Source of the DNA: Octopus bimaculoides
Lineage: Eukaryota
Direction: 5' to 3'
Length of the DNA: 53,000 nt
Assembly: GCF_001194135.2 (NCBI RefSeq)
Contig: NC_068983.1
Span: forward strand, 4,895,721 to 4,948,720
A program made the position numbers and the translations under genes. Below, piece after piece: positions 1 to 10,335 of this stretch. The notes below the pieces were generated by a model. That model saw only the letters and a program-made list of their open reading frames with translations, was not told the origin of the DNA and did no database searches. Positions within the stretch are counted from its first letter, which is position 1, and every line of letters starts with the position of its first letter.

Positions 1-492
1 CGACTATAGAGTAAGGGAAAAATAATGCCACAACATAATATATGACTGTGGCCATAAGGGGGCACTGTCTACAGAGACCCCCCAGTATCTGACTGGTATT
101 CTGGTATTGGCTTCACTAAGCTCCAAAGAATGAAAGGTAAAGTCAAAATTTATTCTTTAATGTTGGATTGTGGGAAATCTGAGGTAGTTAAAAGGGTTTC
201 TTCTTCTCCTCCTCCTCTGCCACCTTTGTCATCATACCCCTTGTTTCAACATCCACATTTCCATGCTCGCATGGGTAAAACAAAAGTTGTTGAGGTAGAG
301 TTTTCCCCTCTACAGATGGATGCTCTTCCTGCTGCCACCTTTCACCCATTTCCATGTGGGAAAGAGGGAGAGAGAAAGAGAGAGAGGATAGGAGAAAGAG
401 AGTAAGAAAGAGTACACGACTAATATTCTACCTAATGCAGTCAATTTGGTATTGCTGCTATTGTTATTGTAAAAAAGACATTATTGCCTTAC

Positions 493-651
493 CTCTGAAG
501 CATTTCTATGTCATCATTCTGTAAGTAACTCCAACAGGAAGGTCTACCAACATTTTGGTCCAGAGCAATTTTTTGGTCAATATCAAATGCCGTTAGATTA
601 ATTAATTTCTCACTGTAGAGCTGTCGGTCAATATCATCCAAAAGGTTTAAC
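493..651 (-). CDS. AGTPBP1: CCP1 coding exon 13 (RLNLLDDIDRQLYSEKLINLTAFDID...DDIEMLQR)
   Basis: Acceptor ttctttaatttaag, donor AG|GTAAGG, phase 2-2. Matches human [26 protein letters not shown]. Confidence 0.93.
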
Positions 652-749
652 CTTAAATTAAAGAAATAATTAATGATTAATTAATGCTTTAATGCATTTA
701 CAACTAAAAACTCTGGACAAAAATCAACATAAGGAGTAGATTTGCAGAA

Positions 750-1118
750 TTGAGCGTGATCGTTACCAGCGTCGCCTTACTGGCACTTGTGCCAGTGGCA
801 CGTGAAAAGACATTCGAGCGAGGTCATTGCCAGTGCTGCTGGAATGGCTCCTGTGCAGGTGGCACAAAAAACACCATTTGAACGTGGCTGTTGCCAGTAC
901 CGCCTGACTGGCCTTCATGCTGGTGGCATGTAAAAGCACCCACTACACTCTCTGAGTGGTTGGCATTAGGAAGGGCATCCAGCTGTAGAAATCTTACCAG
1001 ATCAGATTGGAGCCTGGTGTAGCCATCTGGTTCGCCAGTCGTCAGTCAAATCGTCCAACCCATGCTAGCATGGAAAGTGGACGTTAAACGATGATGATGA
1101 CGATAATGATGATGATGA
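750..1118 (+). mobile_element. RTE LINE 3'-UTR copy with internal ~60-bp subrepeats and (GAT)n tail
   Basis: gtaaaagcaccc...aggaagggcatccagctgtagaaa...aacccatgctagcatggaaa...gatgatgat. The same sequence follows the RTE ORF remnant at 42250-42880. Confidence 0.8.
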
Positions 1119-1199
1119 AGAGTGTTTATAAAATGAGTTGTGGAATTTAGTTAGAGATGTTTATGTTCAGAGTTCAAACCACATCAAGGTTGATTTTAT

Positions 1200-1388
1200 T
1201 ATCATTATTATTATTATTCAGGTCACTGCCTGGAATCGAACTCGGAATCTTGGAGTTAGTAGCCTGTGCTCTTAACCACTATGCCATATGTCCGTGGGCT
1301 TCATTTCAGCTGATGTACTCTCCAGCCTTCATCAGGTGTCCTGGGGGAATTTCGAACCTGAGTTCTCATTCCTAAGGTATTTTTCTGA

Positions 1389-1447
<59 letters not shown>

Positions 1448-1538
1448 TCACTGCCTGGAATCGAACTCAGAATCTTGGGGTTAGTAGCCCGTACTCTTAA
1501 CCACTACGCCATATGCCCACGGGTATATGGCATAGTGG
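1200..1538 (-). mobile_element. Tandem composite retroelement: tRNA-like head + (TAA)n + tail with hammerhead-like core, followed by a second head
   Basis: Two ~85-nt heads (about 1520-1442 and 1298-1216) with A-box TGGCG/ATAGTGG and B-box GAGTTCGATTCC, each followed by (TAA)n. Between them the minus strand reads GACAC-CTGATGA-AGGCTG...TCAGCT-GAAA (1340-1304). Confidence 0.7.
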
Positions 1539-1857
1539 CTGATTTTGTTTTACATATCCCTAGGCCAATAGAACAAAGTACCAGTCTATTATAAGAGGCT
1601 GATTTCATTGATTGATAGTGGTGCCTTGCAGGATTCTTCAAGAAAGAAACTATGGCTAATAATCCCAAACGAAGATTATCAGGGCTATTTGCTCCTTAAT
1701 TCTTTGTCTGTATTGTGCATCTCATGTGATGCAGACTTATTTCCCTGTTGTGCATGCAGCATATACGATATACATTCACAATTTTTTCTATCAACTATCA
1801 GAGTAACTTGGGACTAACGAAATGAAGGTTTCATATTCATGCTGATGTCACATTGAA

Positions 1858-1895
<38 letters not shown>

Positions 1896-2156
1896 TGGGG
1901 CTACACTAGAGAGGGTAATGGTGGCTTTATGCAAGATGGGATGAGATGTTAAAATGAGAAGAGGCCAAAACAGGTTTCTTGCTGTAGAGGGTAACAGTAA
2001 TTCACCATCATCATTATTTAACATCTGTTGTCCATGCTGGCATGGGTTGGACGGTTTGACCAGAGCTGGTAAGCTAGAAGGCTGCACCAGACTCCAGTTT
2101 GATTTGACATGGTTTGCTACAACTGGATGCCCTTCCTAATGCCAACCACTCCAAGA

Positions 2157-2415
2157 GTGTTGAAGCATATTCTGTTGTGTCTGGGGAGAGTCATTCTCTT
2201 TTGGTGCCTTATTATTTAACACACTCACTGGTAAAATTTCCACTTATTTCTTTTTTTATTTTCCTAAAATTTTCATTGCCTCTTGCAACCTTTTCAATAG
2301 TCGTTGACTCTATAAGGCACCAAAAGAAAATGACTCTCCCCAGACACAACAGAATATGCTTCAACACATGAACTCACATAAAGAATCTTGCAAACCAAAT
2401 CCAAAAACGAGATTG
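2157..2415. mobile_element. Asymmetric palindromic (fold-back) element, copy 1
   Basis: 2157-~2213 is the reverse complement of 2311-2367. A non-repeated tail runs to ~2415. Near-identical to 4936-5260. Confidence 0.75.
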
Positions 2416-2603
2416 CTATATTTTTTTACTTAAAAGATTTCTTTGTTCACTCTAAATGTATGGCTGTGTGCACACACACACACGTGTATATGTATGCTTG
2501 TGCATGTGTGTGTACGAGTGTTAGTGTGTCTGTCTGTCTGTCTGTCTGCCTTGAACAGTAAAACAAACAAAAACAAAAACATTCATGTACGACTAATCCC
2601 TAC

Positions 2604-3193
2604 CTTGAAATTAAGCTCTTCACAGTGTTTAGAGGTTCTGGATGAGGAACTGAGCATGCTCCAACGTAGTCAGGATAAGGAACTTTCTCAAAATGGTAAA
2701 CACTTCTGGTCCTCCTGGCAAGGGACAGATATAACTCAGAATCATGGATGTTGCTGCCGAAATCTCTATAAACTCTGGAAGTCTCAGAGTCGACAATATC
2801 AGTGTTTACATTGGTCATTAAGAGAGACATGGCTGACCGATTGAGAATGTCACTGAAGCTTCTGTCATAGGAACGGAATAACTTACAACTGTTACTCCTT
2901 CTTGCTTTCACCGAAGACCTACTAGCGTCTCTTCGACGCATGGAACTCTTTCGAAAACCACCATGAGGTGCATTGTTAATGTTTGTGTTGGCCTGTGTAA
3001 CATTTGTTGGAGAAGAACTGCTTGTGGCAGAATTCGTAGTGTCATCGCTGCCCTGGGGAAGCTTCGATTCAGTAATAACTTTGGCCTGGGGCTTTTCTTG
3101 AAAGTCGGTAGATTTTTTCATGAATGCTAGTTCTTTATCTGATAGTTGATTGCTTTGTTCTGGGCTTTCATTTATCAAACAAGATATCAAAAC
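2604..3193 (-). CDS. AGTPBP1: CCP1 coding exon 12 (590 nt; VLISCLINES...[39 protein letters not shown])
   Basis: Acceptor ttgtttatttccag, donor AG|GTAGGG, phase 0-2. C-terminal part matches human [39 protein letters not shown]. Confidence 0.94.
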
Positions 3194-3232
3194 CTGGAAA
3201 TAAACAAAAAGAAACAATATATATATATATAT

Positions 3233-3390
3233 GGGCAGAGGTGTGGCTGTGTGCTAAGAAGTCTGCTTCCCAATCACATGGTTCTGGGTTCAGTCTTTGG
3301 GCAAGTGTCCTCTACTATACCCTCAGACCAACCAAAGCCTTGTGAATGGATTTGGTAAATAGAAACCGAAAGAAGCTTGTTGTATATATG
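3233..3390 (+). mobile_element. tRNA-derived SINE family A (5' half)
   Basis: gtggctgtgtg...catggttctgggttcagtc...gggcaagtgtcctctactata...aaagccttgtga...aaagaagc, followed by (TA)n. About 15 relatives in the window. Confidence 0.8.
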
Positions 3391-3427
3391 GTCTCTCTCT
3401 CTCTCTCTCTCACTATANNNNNNNNNN

Positions 3428-3474
<47 letters not shown>

Positions 3475-3730
3475 TCCAAGTAAGGTAATATTCCTCCATG
3501 ACCAGACTTTGTATAATGGTGACATTTTTTTAAGTTTAAAAAAATGTCACCATTATACAGCATTATCCTGTGATGTCAAAACAAGGAGACAGCAGATGTA
3601 GAATGACACTCTAGATCTGGAATTGTACAACAGAAATGGCACCAATGGTGACAATAAAAGATCAAATCTAATTTGAAATGTTTTCTTCAGCTTAAATAAA
3701 AAGAAATTTCACACTGCAATATGATCTTAC

Positions 3731-3841
3731 CCTGTCTTCTTCATTGATTTCTTCAAAGAACCTTGCATATGATTCCTGCAAGTCTTTTACACTTCTTTGC
3801 TTTAGGAGAGAATCAGAGATGTGTTTCTTCTTACTGAAAGT
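3731..3841 (-). CDS. AGTPBP1: CCP1 coding exon 11 (TFSKKKHISDSLLKQRSVKDLQESYARFFEEINEEDR)
   Basis: Acceptor tttttcttctccacag, donor AGG|GTAAGA, phase 0-0. RSVKDLQESYARFFEEI resembles human RTIEELKMYEHLFPEL. Confidence 0.91.
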
Positions 3842-4465
3842 CTGTGGAGAAGAAAAACATTAAGAAATTCCTGAGAGTTAAGAATTTTTTCTAACAGAAT
3901 TTGCTAATTGTTATTTTGTCATTAACACAAGCAGTCTAAATGGGGTTCCTGGAAAGGATCTCTTGAACAACATTGCTATACAGGGTGCACAGCTTGGAGA
4001 TCAGTTACAGACACTCCTTTTCCATTCTCACTACTAGAAATGCAAGAACTTCAGCTTCTTAGAAATCGGTAATTCCAGTCAGGTGTCGAGGCAATTCAGG
4101 GCATTGCTGCATTCACCATTTGTTGGTGTATTCCCAGGTCCTCCCAGGTGACCCATTGATTAGAGTCTCAGTCGGTCCTAATGACCGCAAGATACCTCCT
4201 TGTCTGCCATGACCATGTGGCCAACCAACATGAATCTTCAACCCACCTGGATCCCTTAGTGAAGGGAACACAGTAAGCAGGGTCTAACCTGGAAAAATCA
4301 AGCAACATGACCAAACAGTCTGAGTCAGTGCTCCCAAATCGTCCAGTTAACAAGACTTAATGTTCATCATTAGCTATGGAAACAAATAACTATCAAAATT
4401 ATATAATTTTATAAAACTATAAAAACACACATTAATTAAAATTATAAATTAATTGACAGACTTAC

Positions 4466-4599
4466 TTTACCAACTTCTTCATTTGCTTCAACAAAATCAT
4501 TGGTAGTCGTGCTATCTTCCATTTCAAGACACTCAGGTGCTGTGTCCGATGTCTCTTCTTCCTCGTTGAAATCTACGTTTGTGTTTTCGGCTGTTTTTT
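4466..4599 (-). CDS. AGTPBP1: CCP1 coding exon 10 (acidic: EKTAENTNVDFNEEEETSDTAPECLEMEDSTTTNDFVEANEEVGK)
   Basis: Acceptor ctgtaattccag, donor AAA|GTAAGT, phase 1-0. Corresponds in position to the Asp/Glu-rich segment of CCP1. Confidence 0.86.
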
Positions 4600-4813
4600 C
4601 TGGAATTACAGTTTAGCCCGTTTGTTATCATATTTCCAATAAAACATATTGCCTTGTTTCAATTCGTTTTGAAAATAATAATGACATTAGTGAAATAACC
4701 TTGTTTTTATTAAGCTGTTGTTTAGAATATAAATTAGAAAGAAGTTTTGCTGTAAGGTTATAATTTAGAACACTGTAACTCGTATGTTACGATATCTCCA
4801 TTAAAAGACACTA

Positions 4814-5352
4814 CAGTAATCCCTTCACTATTGTGGGTGCTATGTTCAAAAACCGCCCACGGTAGGTGAAAAAGATCCATGAAGTAGAAACAGTGCTATG
4901 CTGTATATTTTTAAAATTATTTCTATAATTTGTATATATTTTGTTGTGTCTGAGGAGAGTCATTCTCTTTTAGTGCCTTATTATTTAACACACTCACCCG
5001 TAAAATTTCCACTTATTTCTTTTTTATTTTTCTCAAATTTTCATTGTGTCTTGCAACCTTTTTGAAAAGGTTGCAAGATGCAACGAAAATTTTAGAAAAA
5101 TAAAGAAGGAAATGAGTGTAAATTTTACCGGTGAGTGTGTTAAATTATAAGGTACAAGAAGAAAATGACTCTCTCCAGACACAACAGAATATGCTTCAAC
5201 ACACGAACTCACATAAAGAATCTTGCAAACTAAATCCAAAAACGAAATTGTATCTATTTATTTTATTATAAATGTAAAACAACACCATGGACGGATCAAG
5301 GTAAGCTTAAATAATAAATTGCGATAGGTGAACCGCAGGCGAGAGATTACTG
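4814..5352. mobile_element. Tigger/pogo-like MITE (Tc1/mariner superfamily) interrupted by fold-back copy 2
   Basis: TA|CAGTAATCCC...GAGATTACTG|TA: short imperfect TIRs with TA flanks. Confidence 0.6.
4936..5260. mobile_element. Asymmetric palindromic (fold-back) element, copy 2
   Basis: Arms 4936-5062 and 5065-5192 meet at ...ttgcaacctttt-tg-aaaaggttgcaa... The tail is the same as in copy 1. Confidence 0.75.
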
Positions 5353-5622
5353 TATCTTCATTTTAATTAAGTTTGTAAATAATGAAAAATTTAGTAAAAT
5401 AATTTTATTATTAAGATGGTGCTTTGAATGTAAATTAACATGATATCTTGATAGGTTTTCATTTTAGACCACCTTAAAACGGTAAGTTCATATTACAGAA
5501 TCAGGGGAAGTTTCATGTGTGCTGGTGTCAAAAGGGTCAAAGCATTGCTGCTGCTGCTGCTGCTGCTGCTGCTACTACTACTACAGTTTTATTTCTGAAA
5601 ACAACAAATGGCGCTTGCTTAC

Positions 5623-5853
5623 CTGAACAACTTATATCAGAATGGTTATCGCTGTTGTCTGGAACTGGTAGTTCGAATGTGATCAAATTTTCAAAGTGAT
5701 CCAAAGGAAGCAATTCAATGGGGCAACATTTTCTAAGAATTGAGCTGGAGAGGAGAACGAGGCTCTCAGTGTCCCCAGTGTCAACACCCTCTCTTGCAGT
5801 GGTATACATCAATTTCACCCCATCTTCCATGAGGAATGCAGCTCTTCCAGACT
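5623..5853 (-). CDS. AGTPBP1: CCP1 coding exon 9 ([22 protein letters not shown]...LRKCCPIELLPL...TFELPVPDNSDNHSDISCS)
   Basis: Acceptor ctacctatttctag, donor G|GTAAGC, phase 1-1. Matches human [20 protein letters not shown]...IMRKCFPKNRLPL...FQLPV. Confidence 0.95.
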
Positions 5854-6168
5854 CTAGAAATAGGTAGCATTAACATCGTTAGACAACGACAGAGCAGTTT
5901 CAGGAGAGCAAATACAGCATACTGTAATGTTATGCATGCACACACACCTCCTTTATCTTTCATATCAGTCATTAAACTGTGGCCATGCGGGAGCACTGCC
6001 TTCAAGAAATTTTACTTGAACGAAGTGACCTTGTACTTATTTTTTGAAAAGTTTGGTATTTATTCTGTTGGTGTTTTTTGCCGAATTGCTAAGTTACAGG
6101 GATGTAAACACACCAATAGCAATTGTCAAGCAGTGGGGTGTGAGGAGACAAAAATAGACACAAAGACA

Positions 6169-6194
<26 letters not shown>

Positions 6195-6201
<7 letters not shown>

Positions 6202-6355
6202 GATGGGCTTCTTTCAATTTCCATCTCACAAATCTGCTCATAAAGCTTTGGTCAACCCAAGGCTATAGTAGAAGACACATGCCCAAGGTGCCATGCAGTG
6301 GGACTGAACCTGGAACCATGTGGTTGGGAAGCAAACTTCTTATCACACAGCTACA
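6195..6355 (-). mobile_element. SINE family A (5' half), inverted relative to 3233-3390
   Basis: Reverse complement of the same head. Confidence 0.8.
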
Positions 6356-6369
6356 CACACACACACGTG

Positions 6370-6600
6370 TACCATCCTTATCCTTTAATGTCCACTTTTC
6401 CATGTTTGCATAGGTCGGACTGAATTTGTTGAGGCAGGTTTTATGCAGGTGGATGTTGTTTCTGTGGCCAACCCTCACCTGTTTCCAAGTACAATAATAT
6501 TCACCTGTCACTAAACATGTTCTCACAGAAGAATGGAAGTGAACAACACTGCTGGTATAACAGTGTCACTCATTTACAACTATCACACAATGTCAAGACA
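6370..6600 (-). mobile_element. RTE-tail-related repeat family (ctcacctgtttccaagtaaggtaatatt variant)
   Basis: Shares the ttccatg...ggatgcccttcct terminus with RTE 3'-UTR copies. Other copies at ~250-360, 3470-3595, 12680-12915 and 25625-26060. Confidence 0.65.
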
Positions 6601-8057
6601 GAGAGACACTAACACACACAAACAAACACACACGCACACACATACACATGAATGGGTTTCTTTCAGTTTCTGCCTACCAGATCCACTTTTGGCTCTTTGG
6701 TCAAGGTGTCACACAGTGAGGCTGAACCCGAAACCATGCGGTTCAGAAGCAAAAACTCCTCAAGCACACAACATGCCTGCACCTTACAATATTGATCAGG
6801 AGAACAAGATGGACAATGACAACAGTTATGGCAATAGCAATCCTATGAAGACTGACCGTGAAAACAATGGTAAGTGATGACTAGGAAGAGGAGGAGGAGG
6901 AGGAATATTTTTGATGATGGTGGTGATGATGATGATGATGATGGCAATGTAAATGAAGATGATGGCAACAATGATATTGATGATAATGTTGCTACTGACA
7001 ATGGTGGCAGTGGTGGTGGCAGTGGTGGTGGTGGTGGTGGTGGTGGCAAAGATAGTGATGATAATGACATACAAACATTATCTCCATTTCCCATGGCCAA
7101 ACTAACAGTTAAATGCTTACAGCTGGCTACGATTGGACTTAATAAACAACCTCTTTCTTACCAAACCTACTCATATGGATTAGCAACGCTCCCCCTCCTC
7201 CCCAATCTCCAGCTTACACATGTGGGTTAGCAATGTCTCTTTCACCAACCTACATCTGAAGATCGGCAACATTTACCTCCATGCCAAACGTTCATATTGG
7301 AATTAGTAACAGTCCCCCACCACCACCAGCAACGACATACATATCACCATCATCATCATAATCATCATTTAACATCCATTTTCCATGCTGGCATGGGTTG
7401 TAGGGTAACGACAGGAAATGGCAAGTGAAAGATCTGCACCCAGCTCCTATTGTCTGTTTTGAAACGGTTTCTATGGCTGGATGCCCTTCCTAATGCCAAC
7501 CATTTTATGGCTGGGTGCCCTTCCTACCACCAAGCACTTTATGGGGTGCTCTTTACATGGCACCAGTACAGGTACTTTTCACAAGGCACTGGCACAAGTG
7601 CTTTTTATGTGGCACTGGCACTACATAAATGAAGTAATATCAAAAAAGGAATGGAGGGAGAAAAAAACAAGGAGAGAGTCAAAGAACCATTTACCTTTTA
7701 AAAGCTGATCAACATTATACAAAAGAACCATTCAGTATATTTGGAGCTCATCCAAAGAGTGATCTTTCTACTACCTACCAGCCAATCGACCAACCAAAGG
7801 AAAGCATCCTAACCTGTACGCAACCAACACAGTGCATTCATGTAACATTCAGCAACAGAGGCAGCAGATGTGATCAGTCGAGGAGATGTTGTAATTAAAT
7901 TTTATGTATTGGAAATGAAGGACGACACTTTCAACACCTCTTATAAAGTTTTTTCTTTTAAGTCTTGTAAAGTCTAATATATTCTTTTGTATTCTTTATA
8001 CCATCTTATAAACATTTATTTTGCAATAAAATACTTACTGTGGAGAGACTTTTAGAA

Positions 8058-8106
<49 letters not shown>

Positions 8107-8116
8107 NNNNNNNNNN

Positions 8117-8150
<34 letters not shown>

Positions 8151-8420
8151 TATACATATATATATTGTTATATATTGTTATATATTTTTATATTTGGGGG
8201 ACATTCATTTTGCCAATAAACACATACACTGTTTATTTGACCTTCACTTTATAATTATTACTACTGTTATTATTATTATTATTATTATTATTAGTTTATT
8301 TATCAGAGTTCTTTCTTCAATGACGTTCTGTTCTCCTCTCAATGTCGCCTTTTCTCTCTGGTCTTGTCCCATCCCAAGATTCCATTTCATCTTTCTGTGG
8401 TATGTATGCTTTTGCATCCA

Positions 8421-8460
<40 letters not shown>

Positions 8461-8759
8461 CATGCATGTGCATATGTATCTATGCGTTTGGCATGTGTAT
8501 GTGGGTCTCGTGTGCTTATATATCTGACAAATAAACTACTTCTACTAATAATAATAATAATAATAACGCTAAAGTGCAAATAAATAGTGCGTGTGATTTT
8601 AATTGCCAGAATAGGATCATCCCCAAATATAACATTATCTGTTTCAACATGGTTTCACATCAAGAATCTTGCAAAAACAAATCCATAAATATAATATATA
8701 TATATACAGTTTCAGTCAGATTATTAGACTATGATGTTACACATCGCTGGTCATAAAGT

Positions 8760-9000
8760 GTTTCTCATTGTTTTAGCTTTTGAATATTGTCACCCCACTG
8801 GCTAAGTGGGGTGGACAACATTCCCTCCAATCAGAAGGCTGTTCCTTCACAGGGGTTACCATTTACAGTTGAGTGAACTGGAGCAACATGAAATAAAGTG
8901 TTTTGCTCAAGAACACAACGTGTTGCTCAGCCCAGCTATTGAACCTGTGATCTAGCAACAGAGAGTGCAATACCATAACCACCAAGCCATGCACCTTCAT
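8760..9000 (-). mobile_element. CORE-type tRNA-derived SINE
   Basis: Minus strand has ggcttggtggttatgg...caggttcaatagctggg...gttgtgttcttgagcaaaacactttatttc, with the CORE-like CCTTGAGCAAG motif. Confidence 0.65.
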
Positions 9001-9155
9001 ATATATATGTATATATGTATGTATGTGTGTGTGTGTGTGTGTGTGTACGTGTACAAACATACACACACACAACACACACACACTTGTAATAGATCAGTGT
9101 TGTTGTTGTTCTGCTTGCAAATGCTAGAATTGCTGAAATAAAGATTTCCACTTAC

Positions 9156-9302
9156 TGGTGTTGGTAAGATTTTTCAGGAATGTGAGAATCAGTCTTCGTT
9201 CAGTGACATATTTGTGCTTGGAATTATTGGGGTGCCATTCACAGTGCATGGTGAGGAATGTAGGAATATTATCAAAGTTTACAGCACGTACTGCATGTTT
9301 CT
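9156..9302 (-). CDS. AGTPBP1: CCP1 coding exon 8 (KKHAVRAVNFDNIPTFLTMHCEWHPNNSKHKYVTERRLILTFLKNLTNT)
   Basis: Acceptor tactaattatctgttgctag with branch-point-like TACTAAT, donor A|GTAAGT, phase 1-1. Matches human [30 protein letters not shown]. Confidence 0.93.
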
Positions 9303-9429
9303 CTAGCAACAGATAATTAGTACCAATTAGCTCCGACTTTTTTTAATGAAGGAAAACAAAATTAATAAACAGCAAATAATAAAAATTCCAAACAGTGTTG
9401 TTGTTGATGTTGTTGTTGTTGTTATATTT

Positions 9430-9650
9430 AATAGGGTGGAAAGCTGGCAGAATCATCAGTATTAGAAGAAAAATGCTTAGCAGCATTTCGTTCATCTTTA
9501 TGATATGAGTTCAAATTCCAAGATTGATTTTGCTTTGCATCTTTTGTGGGGTGGGCCAATAAAATAAATACCAGTTGAGCATTAGGGTCAATGGTATCAA
9601 CTACCCCGCTCCCCATGAAAAATTGCTGGCCTTGTGCCTAAATTAGAAAC
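9430..9650 (+). mobile_element. tRNA-derived SINE with Meta-domain-like core (degenerate)
   Basis: agctggcagaatc...aaatgcttagcagcatttcg...gagttcaaattcc...ctttgcatctttt...taccagttg; same family as 35125-35345. Confidence 0.65.
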
Positions 9651-10203
9651 CATTATTATATCTGCTTCCAACAATATAGGTACCTAAAAACAATTGATAA
9701 AACCATGGTTCATATTACCAGGTAAAACTGGTTTCTGAGTGACCACTGTGGTCAATATTGTCCAGTTCCAAGAAACTGATAATGGTGAAGTCAGAAATAA
9801 TCAGTGAATTAAGTGTTACCCTTGTGAATAAAGACCTTTAAAATGGTATTTTTGTTTCTGGTGCGATACAAGATTCTGGGGGGAAAGTTTCAAATAGTTC
9901 CTGCACCACCTATCTGGTAGCAGCACAGGTAAGGATATAGGAAAAGGGGGGAAAATTAGTCATGGAACAAAATGGAAGTAGATGGATATGAATGTATGGT
10001 TTGATGTTTTATAGTGCCAAGATTGTAATATATGATGGCTTATAATGGTTAGATAGACATAATGATAAGATGTAAGCTGTCATTGTTTCAACCATTTCTT
10101 GTGAATTAATGCTGTAGTGTTGGAATTCAGTGCCAAAAGTGGTATACAACAGTTATGTTAATAGAATTGAACAAGGAATATTTTTCAATACAAAAATTCT
10201 TAC

Positions 10204-10335
10204 TGGTTTTGGTTAGATTGCAGAGAATTTCCAGAGCATGTTTTATGATAGTGTTATGATTTCTACAGCAGTTGGTGATAATTCTAGTCATCAATTGAAT
10301 ACAGGTATTCTTGACTAAATATGAGGCATTTGTAT
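10204..10335 (-). CDS. AGTPBP1: CCP1 coding exon 7 (NTNASYLVKNTCIQLMTRIITNCCRNHNTIIKHALEILCNLTKT)
   Basis: Acceptor cattttcgttgcag, donor A|GTAAGA, phase 1-1. Matches human [20 protein letters not shown]...LIKVALDTLAALLKS. Confidence 0.93.

Noticed and set aside
1442-1520. Functional tRNA gene
   Set aside because: A and B boxes are present, but acceptor and anticodon stems do not pair properly. It ends in (TAA)n rather than a T-run terminator, so it is a SINE head.
4168-4353. Extra CCP1 exon (ORF 4168-4353, or a 42-nt AG/GT-bounded segment 4247-4288)
   Set aside because: Flanking exons join in phase 0 without it, and in that phase it contains a stop. The region looks like decayed RTE-type ORF end. 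A poison exon cannot be excluded but has no support.
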